From Laetmonice hystrix (Eukaryota), in assembly GCA_965235115.1 (NCBI GenBank), contig OZ249451.1, forward strand, positions 5,890,001 to 5,954,000: a DNA stretch of 64,000 nt, read 5' to 3'. The stretch's first letter is position 1. Each line of letters starts with the position of its first letter. Made by a program: the position numbers and the translations under genes. Shown piece after piece: positions 33,735 through 45,634 of this stretch. Below the pieces are notes generated by a model, which did no database searches, was not told the origin of the DNA, and saw nothing but the letters and a program-made list of their open reading frames with translations.

Positions 33735-35540
33735 TCACCGCCATATCCCACCCAAGACTTTCCTGATAATGAAAAGCCACTGTGAGCGTCTTTCCTGTCC
33801 ATGGAAATATCTTCCCGATCTGACATCCTCGTAGTTTATTTTCAAATTAATCATTCTGCCGTAATAGCGGAGGTAGGTGGCGCCCCCGTCGCTGTGTAAG
33901 CCGCTTAACGTCATGGACCTTTTGAAGAACGCGTTTACGAAGATCAACAGAGCTTTCTCGTACAACTCGCTCTCGTCGCTCGTTCGTTTATATGATGTTC
34001 CATTTTCATTAATCTTAGATAGCACAGAATCGTCATGCCGAGAGAAAACTCCGCATTTGCGAGCTATCGCTATTGCGTAGAATATTCTTGATATCTTCAG
34101 ACGGTTTTTATTTTCGAATGCTATGCTACGTCTTGATGACGTCAGCATTCGATGAGCTATCACAGTGTCTTGCTCGTAGAACTGGCGAAGGTTAAATGCA
34201 ATGTCCTTGACCATACGGGTCAACCTCTCGACAGTGACATTTACGTCCCGGTTCGAATAGACACTACTTACTTTCAGAACATTGAATCCCGGGACGAAAA
34301 AGCTGGACACTTTTCTAACCAGCAGTGCTTGTGAAAGGATATCGAAGATTTCTATTGTCCTTACTGCAATGTTGCCATCTCCCTCCCAGCTGCAGTCGTT
34401 CGGATATTTCACGACTAGATAGAACCAAATAGTTTTTAGCCAATATGTTGGAACCACGTTGGCCATTTGACAAGTGGAACTGTTGTAATCAGACATTATG
34501 TACAAATTGCGTATCATCTTAGCTATTCGCAAGACTCGTTTCTTTGGAAGGCTTATCGCGCGTTCTAAGATGTGACGTTCTTCAACTGATGACGTCACTC
34601 GCGCCATTGTCCTCCCTGGCGTTGTCATGATGACACGTACCGTGTTTATATCATTCTCTGCGACTTGGTTTTGAGAAATCTTCATCGCGGAAGATTCCTT
34701 GTCATGGTCATCAACTAGTCTGGGCCCGAGATAGAAATGTTCCCAACTGATTGGCCGCTCATGTGAGGCGCAGAACCGTGATGGTAGTATTTGGAACGGT
34801 ATTGTCAAGACAACATCTACACAAACCTTCAGTGATTTATATTTGGCACCATTCCATATGAGCGTGTAGGTGAACACTTTTCCATAATCTGCAGACACTT
34901 TCTGAATGACACTCAAAGGGGACCATTGCCACCCCTCCTGCAGTACAGCCTTCAGTGCGTCTCCTATGGCATCGAATATACAGCGAAACCACACACTGCG
35001 GAGGGACACCGAGTACCGAGATTTCTTAGCAACATCTTTATGAAAAACAGGGAAAAGATCTTTAAATATATCTTCATTTACCACTTCATACAGTACTGAG
35101 AAGCAGGAGTCATTCCTAATGTCATGAATCTCCAATTTTGTGTTCTCTTCATCCGCGAGGACTGGCAGATCTATCATGAAGTCGAACTCATCTGGGGCGC
35201 CAAGTTTTAAACCTTCGTAACTACTTCCCGTCTTAAGCAGACGACACTCTTTGAAAAGTTGTAATTTTCCCGCCAAAATTTCACAGGCGTTTTCCATCAT
35301 TGCCTCAAGACTTCGGAATATACGCTCCTTTTCTTGAGTTTCTAGCATTTCGCATTTTTCCTCTAATTTGCGAAGGAATCGGCTGAATCTTTTCCCAGGT
35401 TGAGCAGATGAACTTCCAGATTCGGAGCTGCTGTATCGTCTGTTTTGTGCGTCTCTAGCTGCGTTTGTCGTCAGCGTCCAGTCAGTAAGGGGGGACGGCG
35501 GGCGCGTGTAGCACTTATCTCTCCAACCTGTAAATACCAT
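33735..35540 (-). CDS. cGAS-like receptor (cGLR; Mab-21/cGAS nucleotidyltransferase family), 601 aa, single ORF
   Basis: TGSSYEGLKLGAPDEFDFMI (GS plus E-x-D), third Asp in VCVDVVLTIP, and helical-bundle motifs TYWLKTIWFYL and SSFFVPGFNVL. There is no vertebrate cGAS zinc thumb before KKRVLRIAK. An in-frame TAA lies 2 codons upstream of the ATG, and AATAAA on - at 33599-33604. An upstream exon via TTTACAG near 35530 cannot be excluded. Confidence 0.93.
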   Translation of the reverse strand: MVFTGWRDKCYTRPPSPLTDWTLTTNAARDAQNRRYSSSESGSSSAQPGKRFSRFLRKLEEKCEMLETQEKERIFRSLEAMMENACEILAGKLQLFKECRLLKTGSSYEGLKLGAPDEFDFMIDLPVLADEENTKLEIHDIRNDSCFSVLYEVVNEDIFKDLFPVFHKDVAKKSRYSVSLRSVWFRCIFDAIGDALKAVLQEGWQWSPLSVIQKVSADYGKVFTYTLIWNGAKYKSLKVCVDVVLTIPFQILPSRFCASHERPISWEHFYLGPRLVDDHDKESSAMKISQNQVAENDINTVRVIMTTPGRTMARVTSSVEERHILERAISLPKKRVLRIAKMIRNLYIMSDYNSSTCQMANVVPTYWLKTIWFYLVVKYPNDCSWEGDGNIAVRTIEIFDILSQALLVRKVSSFFVPGFNVLKVSSVYSNRDVNVTVERLTRMVKDIAFNLRQFYEQDTVIAHRMLTSSRRSIAFENKNRLKISRIFYAIAIARKCGVFSRHDDSVLSKINENGTSYKRTSDESELYEKALLIFVNAFFKRSMTLSGLHSDGGATYLRYYGRMINLKINYEDVRSGRYFHGQERRSQWLFIIRKVLGGIWR

Positions 35541-37192
35541 AATTTACCGCGTGTACATACGCCGTGGCCATGTAGATCTATAACTGGAAAGTCATTTTCT
35601 AAGCCAAAATCAGAGAGGGCTGGAATTAATCTTTAAGAAGTCATATTTAGAACAATATACGGTAGACGAGGTGTACAAGGAGGACTAAAGGATGTAGATA
35701 TATAAAAACTTGCGTCTATAGAATAAATTTTATACGACTATACGCTCAAGGTGACCATTGTCAACCCTCCGATCGAAACAAATGTAGCGCAACGCTGGGC
35801 TTTCTAATGGGACCTCAATCTACCGAGCCCGGCCTTGGAAGTACTCAGTTATTTACATGTGCATGCACTACTTTCTGAACTCTGGCAGGCGTGCGGTGAA
35901 GGGTGACAGATTTTCTGCTATGTGAGTGTACTATACTTACACACACGAATCCCGTTATGTTTGTGAACGGAGCAGACTTCCTCATCAGTTCTTGTCATGT
36001 TGGCAGTTTGTAATGTTATAATGGAACGGCAGTCAGTCTGTGAGGAATAGACTAGAGTCTATGTACGACAAGATCTTTCAAACAATAGGCCCATGCCCTA
36101 AAGAAGCACGTAATGCTTTCCTCTCGGGGTTAAGTTTTTAGGTCGTCACTCAGACGGCTATAGTGCATGGCCGGATCCAGGTCGGCGTCAGAAGGGAGGG
36201 GGGTTAGTGAATGTTTCAGTTGAAATTTGGACAAGCTACAAAATATATTTTTTAAATCGCAATCTGTCGCTATAAACTGTTACAAATGTCAAATCCCAGT
36301 CCGGTTGAGACGATGGGATAAAGGGAAATCCACCGAATTCGGATAAAAATAGTTTGTATACCGACGACTGACCTTTGGACAATCGATCGTTCGTATCCTT
36401 CTCGTCTTGCACACGTTGTGCTCCAGGGTTTTAATCGCCACGGGGAAACCCTCTGTGGTCGATCTAGATCTATAGGCCTAATTAGGCGGTAACACAGGAA
36501 TAGGGCTAACTGGAAATCAACTCGATGTTGTCACTATAGGCGTACTATAGATGTGAACACGTGAACCTATGGGACGTCGTTTTTATTGTGAATGGACGGA
36601 CAAGGTTATGGCAGAGTGCGTGAGTCACATGGGGATCCAGATCACGTCCCACATCCGCCTTCATGAATGAGTGTTCACTTCCAGCTTAGCTAAAGGCTGA
36701 GAATCCCAACGCGAGTTCCCGGTTCACCCAGCGTCAATAGTTGACGTCATGCAGACCTGCCAACTCCCCCGCGTCATGATTGAGAGGGAGAATACATTTC
36801 AGACCTTTCTCTAGCTTGGTTCCCGCCTCCCGTGTAGGTCGCGGAACAAGGCTAACCTTTCTCCCGCTCTTTGGCCACTATATGAAGGGGGGGGGGGCAA
36901 ACGTACCTGTTTAAGAGCCTTATTTTTAACCCTCCGAAGAGGCAGTGACGTCTAATTCGCCCCCGTGAGTCCGTCCGCAGGGCCGGATCCAGCATTTTTT
37001 CAAGGGGGGGGGGGGGGGGGTTGCCGTCGCCTAGTCCGAAATTATCATTATTATATGAAATAGATCTCTATAACGTTAGGCTATTTATCGCTTTAGATTC
37101 TAGATTCACACTGCACGGTTCCTGGGCTGGAGGACGAACATTTGACACCTTTGTTTTCCGTACCTTTTGAACTCAAACAAAACAAGACAACC

Positions 37193-37886
37193 CGATTTCT
37201 TTCAAATTTGGTGCAAAGAAGGCGCAAATGAGGGCCAATGTATAGATCTAGAACAATGTATTCTCAGTTCAAAACAAATATGGCGACATGGTGGCCAAAT
37301 TGTTGTGGTTTTTTTTGGGCGGTTCAAATGACAGATAGGAAGTCATGAAGTTTTGTTTGGTGCCATTTTCCATGACCTTCAGCGACCTTGAAAGGTCAAT
37401 CAAGTGCATGCATATTTGCAATGGCCTGTATCTCTAAAACAGTTGAAGAAACATTCCACAATGATCAGGGACAGTCATAAGGATGACACAGATCAAACAT
37501 AATTTTGATATCATTCAAAATGGCCACTTGGTGGCCATCTTGGATTTAACACATTTTGAGCGATAATTGGGCCTACTCAGATAAAACAATCCCGAAATCT
37601 TCCACTTATTTTTTGCAAAAAAAGGAGCATATGAGGGGCAATGTGCCTTGTATAGGCCTATAGTGACATGGCGGCCATATTTATCTTGTGAGGTCAATCA
37701 ATTCAAGTTCTGGGACATTTTCGATGAATTATACAGATGCCTAAAAAGATGACCACTTAGGCCTACTAACAATAATGGATGAAAACATATATGAAGTTTC
37801 TTTGTGACTCATATATCAGGGATGTTCTTACATGGACTGTAAAAAAAATACAAAGTACTATAATAGTTCCTAGACCCACAAATAAT
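37193..37886 (+). mobile_element. Truncated, diverged copy of the HINE family at 18629-20194
   Basis: Shared blocks CGATTTCTTTCAAATTTGGTG, AAATATGGCGACA, CATGACCTT..CGACCTTGAAAGGTCAATCAAG, CAAAATGGCC..GGTGGCCATCTTGGATTT and GACCCACA.ATAATT in the same order. Confidence 0.8.
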
Positions 37887-38108
37887 TAGGCCTATCCCTC
37901 CCTAGAACTTTGAGGGCGGTGACACCGACGGGGTCTTGTTACTGCACACGCGCCCGATAGATCTCTCGCATCTGGAGACTTGCGGTCACAAATCCGTTTT
38001 TTTTAACTCCTATGTGTATCCTAGCTCTATATCTTTCAGTATAGGTGCTTCTCAATGACCCTCCCAGTGCTCTTCAACTGGGTCACTAAAGGTTTTGGTA
38101 ACTGTGGT

Positions 38109-38278
38109 GAGAATCTGGCTTGCCATTGGTCCAAGTTTTATCCCTAGGGGCAGCATTGAGAATCTGGCAAGCCCTCGGGGTCTCCGCTAGGGGGCCAAGC
38201 GTTCAGCGGTGGACGTGAACCAGCGGGAGAATCTGGCGTGCCATTGTTCCCAGTTTTGTCGCTAGGGGCAGCACTGGA
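38109..38278. repeat. Three imperfect direct repeats GAGAATCTGGC...CTAGGGG(G)C
   Basis: Units start at 38109, 38158 and 38227. Units 1 and 3 are similar over about 50 bp. Confidence 0.8.
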
Positions 38279-41197
38279 TCAGACAATATACAAATATGGC
38301 ACTTGGTTGAGTACAATATGAAAATTTATGGCACGATGGCAACTGATATTGCACGATACCAAGTGCCATATTTGTTTTATTTTATGACTGCCGCACTTTT
38401 CCTGTGTATGCCAGGACCCATCGACGACTGCACAGTCAGTTTAACTTTACTCCATAAGACTCATCATCTAGACCTAGGCCTACCGGTAGGCCTATGCTGA
38501 GCCTCAGTGCGTCAGTACTCACAATTCTACCAGTAAACCATGATCAAAACCATGACCAATTAACAATCAGTCACCACATAAACTTCTCATGTCGGGAAAT
38601 TAGATAGGCTACAGGGATCCATCGTGTTCACGACTGCTTTAGCTAGGCTAGAGCTAGCCTAGCTAGAGGCTATAACTCAGCCTCGCGTAGTTTCCGCTTT
38701 GCTATCATACGCTGTCACCCCCAGGCTGTTCTATTAAACTTACGTTAAGAATGCCTAGGAGCCTATTTGCACGAGGAGGGGGTGAAAACACTTGACGGCA
38801 ACGCAAAAGTAATATTGACTGGTCAATATTACTTTTTCCGTGCAATATTAGTTTTTATCTGTGATAACGTGACAGGGAACTGACCAATCAGGACAGGGAA
38901 AGTGCGGCAGCCATAAAATAACATCTATTATTGAACCCAGTCTGAGGAATCAATTGATAAAAATCAAGAAAGTTAAAATAGTGCTTGAACGAATTGGCAG
39001 GGGAGCATTTCCACAAAATTGGGCCTACTAATCTTAGTTTGTCTTCATGTATAACTTCGTCGGCTAATAATAATGTCTGTGTTCTCGGCCTACGGCCTGC
39101 GAAGAGTCCTAAATTCAAATGGAACCAGAAAAGATGGTGCAAAAAAAGTTCATTCTGATCAAACGAGTCTACACTCTCCCTGGTGGACCCACCAAGGAGA
39201 ACATTGTTGGGGTTTGCAAGTTAATAATAAATAGCTAAATAAATAGTTTTTTTTTTATAAAGAAAAATTATATAGCGCTACATTATATTCCTCTCCTCGT
39301 TTCCAAATAAATCATGTCAACCCATTGTCTCCTTGCCACCATATGCAGCGTTATTTTGGCTTTGTGATGTGCTCAGTTTGATATTCCAAGCGTTTTTATC
39401 AACCCAATAAACGGTCTATGATATCTCTGTCGCAGTCAATTGTCAATATGAATGAGGTCAGCCGGGTCCAATGCTTGCTTTGGGAGGTAAATGCCCCACA
39501 AGTATAGGGAGTCGACGATAGCGTCTGTCGGTTGCCAAGCAAAGAACAGTTCAGCTTCGGTTTTCTAAGCCTGGTGGTCAGAACGCAGGTGATTTGTCCA
39601 CCTGCGTTCTCCGCCCACGCTTTCAATATCGGTGGGTCCGCCATGACACGAATAGCGTGGAGGTCGCTTGTCACGAGGTGCTAACTTCCGAGAAGTCGGG
39701 ACATCGGCCGAGTTGGCGTTTGTCACACAAAGACCTGTGCTGTGCCGTTTTCCGGTATTTTGGAGTCCCTATAACATTTCACCAATCCGTTCCACGATTT
39801 TTAGCCGACAGCGCCGTGCGTCGCATTCACCGCACATCTCGACGTTCTCCACGCGTTGCCACGTGGTAGTGAGAGTTCGGTATGACCTGTGGTAACTCCG
39901 TAATTTGGCGACCACAGGGAGTGCACATCAACAATATAGAGACTTTGCTGCTAGGTACAACACACGCTTGGCTTCAGACACTTCACAGGAAGTGAGAGGA
40001 GGGGGAGGGGGCACGAGTGTAATATTACAACTCGAATCCGAGATGACATTCGGACACCTTTATCAACATGGCACCTGGAAATCATTGAAAAGGATAATAA
40101 AAATAAGTCAGTAAATAAAGAAATCGCATATCATCACCCCAAACAGAAACTCAGTGAAAGAAGTAAACCATTAAACATAGGCGTATGTGGTATACCGTTA
40201 TGATTATATGCTATGATTACAGAGGCCTATAACGCCTGATTTAATTAAGGTATATTTAATGAGTTTTCCGGGAAAGGCAAGATTGAAAAGTAATGGCGGG
40301 GAGGGGGGGGGGGTCAAAAATTGAGCTCTTCAGAAGCTGACGCGAATTACGCAAGATGCACATAGGCCTATAATAAAAAAAAGGAAACCTATAATAAAAA
40401 AAGAAGCCATATCCTTTTCCGTTTAAGTGTGATCTGCTAGGATATAAAATTGTAATTTTTTTTATAAAATTGTTATTTTTTTTATGAACAGAATCACTAT
40501 GAATTTCAAAATTGTAAACTATTTCTTCAATACCATCTTATCGGTTTCGCAGTCGTGTTTCAATGTCAGACGGCAACCCAACCGCTTCTAATTGCCCTAC
40601 CATTAATTATAACTATAAAATACAGATTCTGCCAAAGAAATTCTTCTTCGCAGAGAGTGCCAAATTGATGGCCCTGACTATAAGCAAAAATGTGTGTCGC
40701 TTTGACAGAATTAGAAGTTGCAATGGCTGGGAAGCAATGACAACTGACTTTCATCTCATCTTCACCGCCGTGATATGACCCTGGCTGTTGCAAGGCGTAA
40801 AACCCCAAATACCCTACCCTACCCCCCCAACAGTTATAATGATGTTTGGTTTATATCTCTCCTGCACGTTTGTTATACACGGGAGCTGCACAAGGAACAT
40901 TTCCCCCTGCATGCATGCATATATCTTCTCCAGATTATGGAAAGATTACAGATCGATCGGGCAGGTGTTCAAGGATAATTCCAGCTACATTTCTGGCTGA
41001 CAAGTGACCATTGACCTCAGGGCAGCAAGTGCATTCAAACACGGCATGCACTAGTTCTACTATAGTTGGGCTGGTCGGTATAATATACATGTACTATATA
41101 ATTAGTGATGTGCAACTGTATATCTTGACATCTTGCCCCTGAAATGTCGTACGACTTCAGATAACGGTTCAGCCGTAACTCGAGGTCGACAGAGAGA

Positions 41198-41342
41198 NNN
41201 NNNNNNNNNNNNNNNNNNNNNNNNNNNNNNNNNNNNNNNNNNNNNNNNNNNNNNNNNNNNNNNNNNNNNNNNNNNNNNNNNNNNNNNNNNNNNNNNNNNN
41301 NNNNNNNNNNNNNNNNNNNNNNNNNNNNNNNNNNNNNNNNNN
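41198..41342. other. Assembly gap (145 N), flanked by GA repeats
   Basis: Run of N with AGAGAGA on the left and AGAG on the right. Confidence 0.99.
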
Positions 41343-42183
41343 AGAGTATATATGCCTACATAACTAATTTAAAAGAGATAAACTAAATATGACATCATTT
41401 CATCCCCAACCCAACCATGACATTGCATGGCGCAAATTCGCCCCCCCCCGCCCCCCAGTCACATATCCGACACCAATGACGTAAAAAAACGACATACTGG
41501 TTAAGTTATGATCAATTAAAAAACTGGGACCGGAACCTGCCGCGCGGGGAGAAATGTTTTCACCGTGTAGGCCTACATCCTAAATCTTCCTTTTTCCTCC
41601 TCTTTCTTTTTAACACAACTACATATTACACCACGTTGATGAAAAACCCTATGTAAATGTCAGTCTGCCGTTTGATAAAGCGATAGGGGGGCTGGTGGGG
41701 GGATTTGTATATTCAGTGGGTCGTGACGTGTAGGTCATATAGACAGGCGGGCAGGGTCTGAAGTCTTCCTCCTGCAGGGACCAGCAGAGCAGGAGCAATG
41801 AACGATGTAGGCCACAGGAATCTGAGCGGTTCGTCCCGGGTAGGTCAAGCGTGAAAACAAGAATGTGGATTGGTTAGCCCGGCTATAACTTCTGCGTCAT
41901 GTGATGGCCTAGAGCTGTGGTCGCAGTCTGGGGGTTCGAAGCAGATCTTTGGTGGGCTTATGTTTGGCTACATCGACAACGGCGTGTAATCCAGGTAAGA
42001 GCTCACGGGATCTATTGGGGTTTACGTATGGTTCCTGCTTTAGACATCTATAGTGGTCGTTATCTTTTCTCCTTTAACCCATTTTGGTTAATCATTTGCT
42101 TGAAAAGAGTCACGGTGATTTGGGCCAGTAAAGAAACTAGACTTATGGCTACTATAGAACATCTTGAAAATGACCAGTATTAA

Positions 42184-42521
42184 AGGTGCTATTCGTGAAG
42201 AAAGGTTCCATTTTTTTTTTTTATTTTGTTGACGTTTATGTGATCCCACCTATCATGGAAATAGATTCAAAACAAAGGAAATCAAAATTTTTCATGGATA
42301 ACGGCACAAATGGGGCTCTCTCTGAAGGCCTGTGGAGACCCTGACACGCCCCACCATAGGAAATGGCTCTATCTCGGTGCGCACCGAGATAGGTTTCAAA
42401 TGCTGCACACAAACTAATAGAAGGTTTATCAGGCCAATGGTATCGGTAGGAATTTTTTCTAGTACTATGTGCACAATGTATGATAGGAGAAATGCCATTC
42501 TGTGCGAGACGAATAGCACCT
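42184..42521. mobile_element. Non-autonomous TTAA-targeting DNA element with AGG...CCT ends (Kolobok-like), 338 bp
   Basis: TTAA|AGGTGCTATTCGT at 42180 and ACGAATAGCACCT|TTAA ending at 42525: 13-bp perfect TIRs with TTAA duplication. Purine-purine termini fit Kolobok rather than piggyBac (CC..GG). Confidence 0.7.
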
Positions 42522-45452
42522 TTAAAAGGCATAATATTTGGATGGAAATCCAAAATTATTTGCTGCAATTCACTAGGTGGTTCAAAATCAATATTATAAA
42601 AAATCCTGTTGTGAATAGGCCAACCCTTACCAATCTTAATGCAGCCACTATAAGACAGCCATTTTGACTCGCGAGGACACGTAATTTAAATATTTATTAA
42701 CTGCTAGGATTTCTCTTTCGTGAATATTGCGAATGAAGATGACATGTAGTATCAAAGCAAACGGAATTCTGTGTGTTTCATGGAAACTAAACATGAACTA
42801 CTGGAACCACGGTATAGGCATTCCCTCACTAGTAACTAGAAACTCCGATGTTTCTTGAAACGGGAAGAATACAATAGTGTAACCATCGCATGCAACGAAA
42901 TTTTCCATTCAGTCATGAACCGTCCAAGTTCGTTTGAAAATCAAGTGAATTTTCAACCTTGAGGTTTAGTCAATCGATAGTAATAATGCATCAATGTAAA
43001 CGAATATACATTGCCATATTGTTGAAAAAGGTGGGGATGCAACTTTGCAGGGAATCCCCTCCCAGTATAATCATTGTAATTTCAGTTGGTATGTGGGGTA
43101 TTAACTTTACCTATACACAAGGATCCAATGCCGTTCTGCCTGAACTCTTTCCGTGCTAGGTCAACCGTGCTCGTTGAGAACATTTCGATATGGATACAGA
43201 ATGGATACACTTGAGCATAGTATACGTCTGGATATGTCACATAAAATTGTGTGACGTAAAGCCTTTCTCTAGCTTACTCAGCAGCCCTTTTGTCAAAAAA
43301 AGTCAATGGTCTACAATAATGTATGCCTGTGGTAACCTAAAAATCTATTCACCCCCCCCCCCCCATTCTGACCCCAATCAGATCAACCTAGTTTATCATA
43401 CATGCATGGACGGTATGGAGAATGTAACCTCTCAATCTATGTGTCCCAATTAGACAAGGCACTTTACATCATGAAGGACATCTAAATTTGCATGTTAATC
43501 ACCAGCTGGTTATTATGGCGTCTAGTAATTAATTTTATTATTAGCTTGGCAAACACCAAGTTGTTCCACAGAACCTTTACTCGACACATTGGTAGATAGA
43601 GTTTTTTTATCAACTTTACCAGACCAATTCGTGTAGATGAAAAAAGTGCTTGCCTTGTTTAAAATCACACGGAACAACTTTCGTAAAACGGCACCTTCCC
43701 TCTTCTCTGTGACTGATTATAGTAGTAGGGGGTTGGAGGGTTGGAGAATGGGGGCCTAACCTTAATTGTTGTAGGAATATCAAACTAATTTAGTTCTCAT
43801 GGTAAACGCCTCAACTGATGCTGCCAACTACCCCAGTGTCTGATAGAGATAATGTTCAGCACGCCGTCATAACGGTCAGAAGGACACCTGTGACATTCGG
43901 TGAATTCACCAAGTATTGGCTTTTGGAGAATCACTGCATTCATGAGGCACTGCAGCTGTGGTCCTCCTTCATGAGGCATGACAACATGCAATCGGGAACG
44001 TTACCAGGCCTTTTCCACGCCTCTGGACCCTGTTTTTCAGGATCACTGAACAATCAAATAGGTTGCCAAGTTACAGGAACCATGGAATGGGAAAATCGAA
44101 ATGACTTCCCAATGACCTGTTGCTACTACTGGAATGTTTGAAAAGTAATTTCGGGGAGTCCAACTCGCATGTCTCACCATGCAGGAGGCGTAGGGTAGAT
44201 CTATTTTAAGAATTGTTCTGTGAAAGTCAGTCTGTCAATGCATGTATCGTGCCAGGTTTGGGTTGAGAGCAACCTCGTGACTGGCAGGTACACCCGACGC
44301 ATCAGCTTATGCCTTCAGTTTACGCTACACGCGTATTAAACCTCGGGTCTTCCTAAAATTAGGGATACATGTACGCACGGCTGTGTGTGTGTGTGTGGGG
44401 GGGGGGACTCCAACAGGGATGTAGGATGCAGTAAGGAAAATGTTTAAAAAGAAAAAAGTTTTCAGATAGAGAAGTTCGTAAGGTCATGTGCTACTTTTAA
44501 GTTGTCCAAAAAGAACACAGTAGGGTTGCAGCAATACTAACTGGCCATGTATAGGAATGATGCAATCATGATTGCACAATAAATACCATCTATTTTCCAG
44601 GGTTAGACCATACACTCATACAAGGAACTGTATGAGGGCGATAATCAGTGTTCCCGCCTTCATTACGTCATAACGTTTATGACGTGACCAACTCACGTGA
44701 CGCCTATAAGATTCATACCGAGGCTGGTGCCAAGATTTAATTGGCGGAATGTCAGTCATCGTGGATGAACACGGGAATAGGTCACATTCACGGTTCGCCC
44801 ACAACCACCGATATTTGCCCGGTTATTTGCCAGTGGACGTCGCCCTAAGATGGAATTAATTAGGGTGTGTAGGCCTACTTCAAATCAAAAATGCGATATT
44901 TACAACCAGGTCAAAGAGCGCAGTGTCTGACAGGTTTGCTTTCTTGCAACTAGGCCTACTCGTACTCGATGGCGAATGAAACAAAGAAGAAAACCGGAAA
45001 TGAGCAGCTAAAGGTTTTGGGAACTTTGGAGACGTGTGACATTGTTAGGTGTTAGTTTACATGTCCGTATTTTGCACCGGGCCCGTCTTTGTATGCTGGG
45101 CCACTCGTCACTCGTTAGACTATGCAACTATTAATATAAGTGTAACTTGAAATGATGCTTATTGAATCATGAAACGTAAAAGTTATCTGAAATGTTGCCA
45201 AATTCGGTGTTTGGACGCCTGGCCTGAGTAGCATTGGGGAATGTGGGTATAACTAAAGCTGCGCCAACACGTAAACACAGGATGAGTCACTGAACCATGA
45301 AACTACAGAAATGTTTTAACTTGAAAAAGGAAAACTTTTGTACAGAGCCTCCCGGTATCCAACTTAATTAGCTGCTGACGATGAAGTGATTCGCCAGCTT
45401 GATATAAGCATCCTGCGGCTCTGACATCATGTGGTCCCATGTAGACCTACCT

Positions 45453-45634
45453 CAGGGGCGTATCCAGCAAATTTCGTTAGGGGGGGGGGGCTCAAAACCT
45501 AGATAGTCCACATATCATGGGATATAGAGTCCTCATGTAGTCGGATCTTGATCGTCAGCTGTACCCGACGTTTTAGGAGGGGGGGGGGGGCTCAAGCCCG
45601 GTAAGCCCCCCCCCCTCATTTGGATCCGCGCCTG
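45453..45634. mobile_element. Poly-G/poly-C MITE-like element (CAGGGGCGGATCC family)
   Basis: CAGGGGCGTATCCAG at the left end pairs with TTGGATCCGCGCCTG at the right end, with two internal GGGGGGGGGGGCTCAA blocks. Confidence 0.65.

Noticed and set aside
39399-39900. GC-balanced, coding-looking stretch with ORFs on both strands
   Set aside because: I translated several frames by hand: they are broken by stops and show no recognisable motif or consistent splice sites. At most a decayed repeat.
43818-44141. 107-aa plus-strand ORF
   Set aside because: No recognisable domain, no partner exons and no supporting signals. Length is within chance range.
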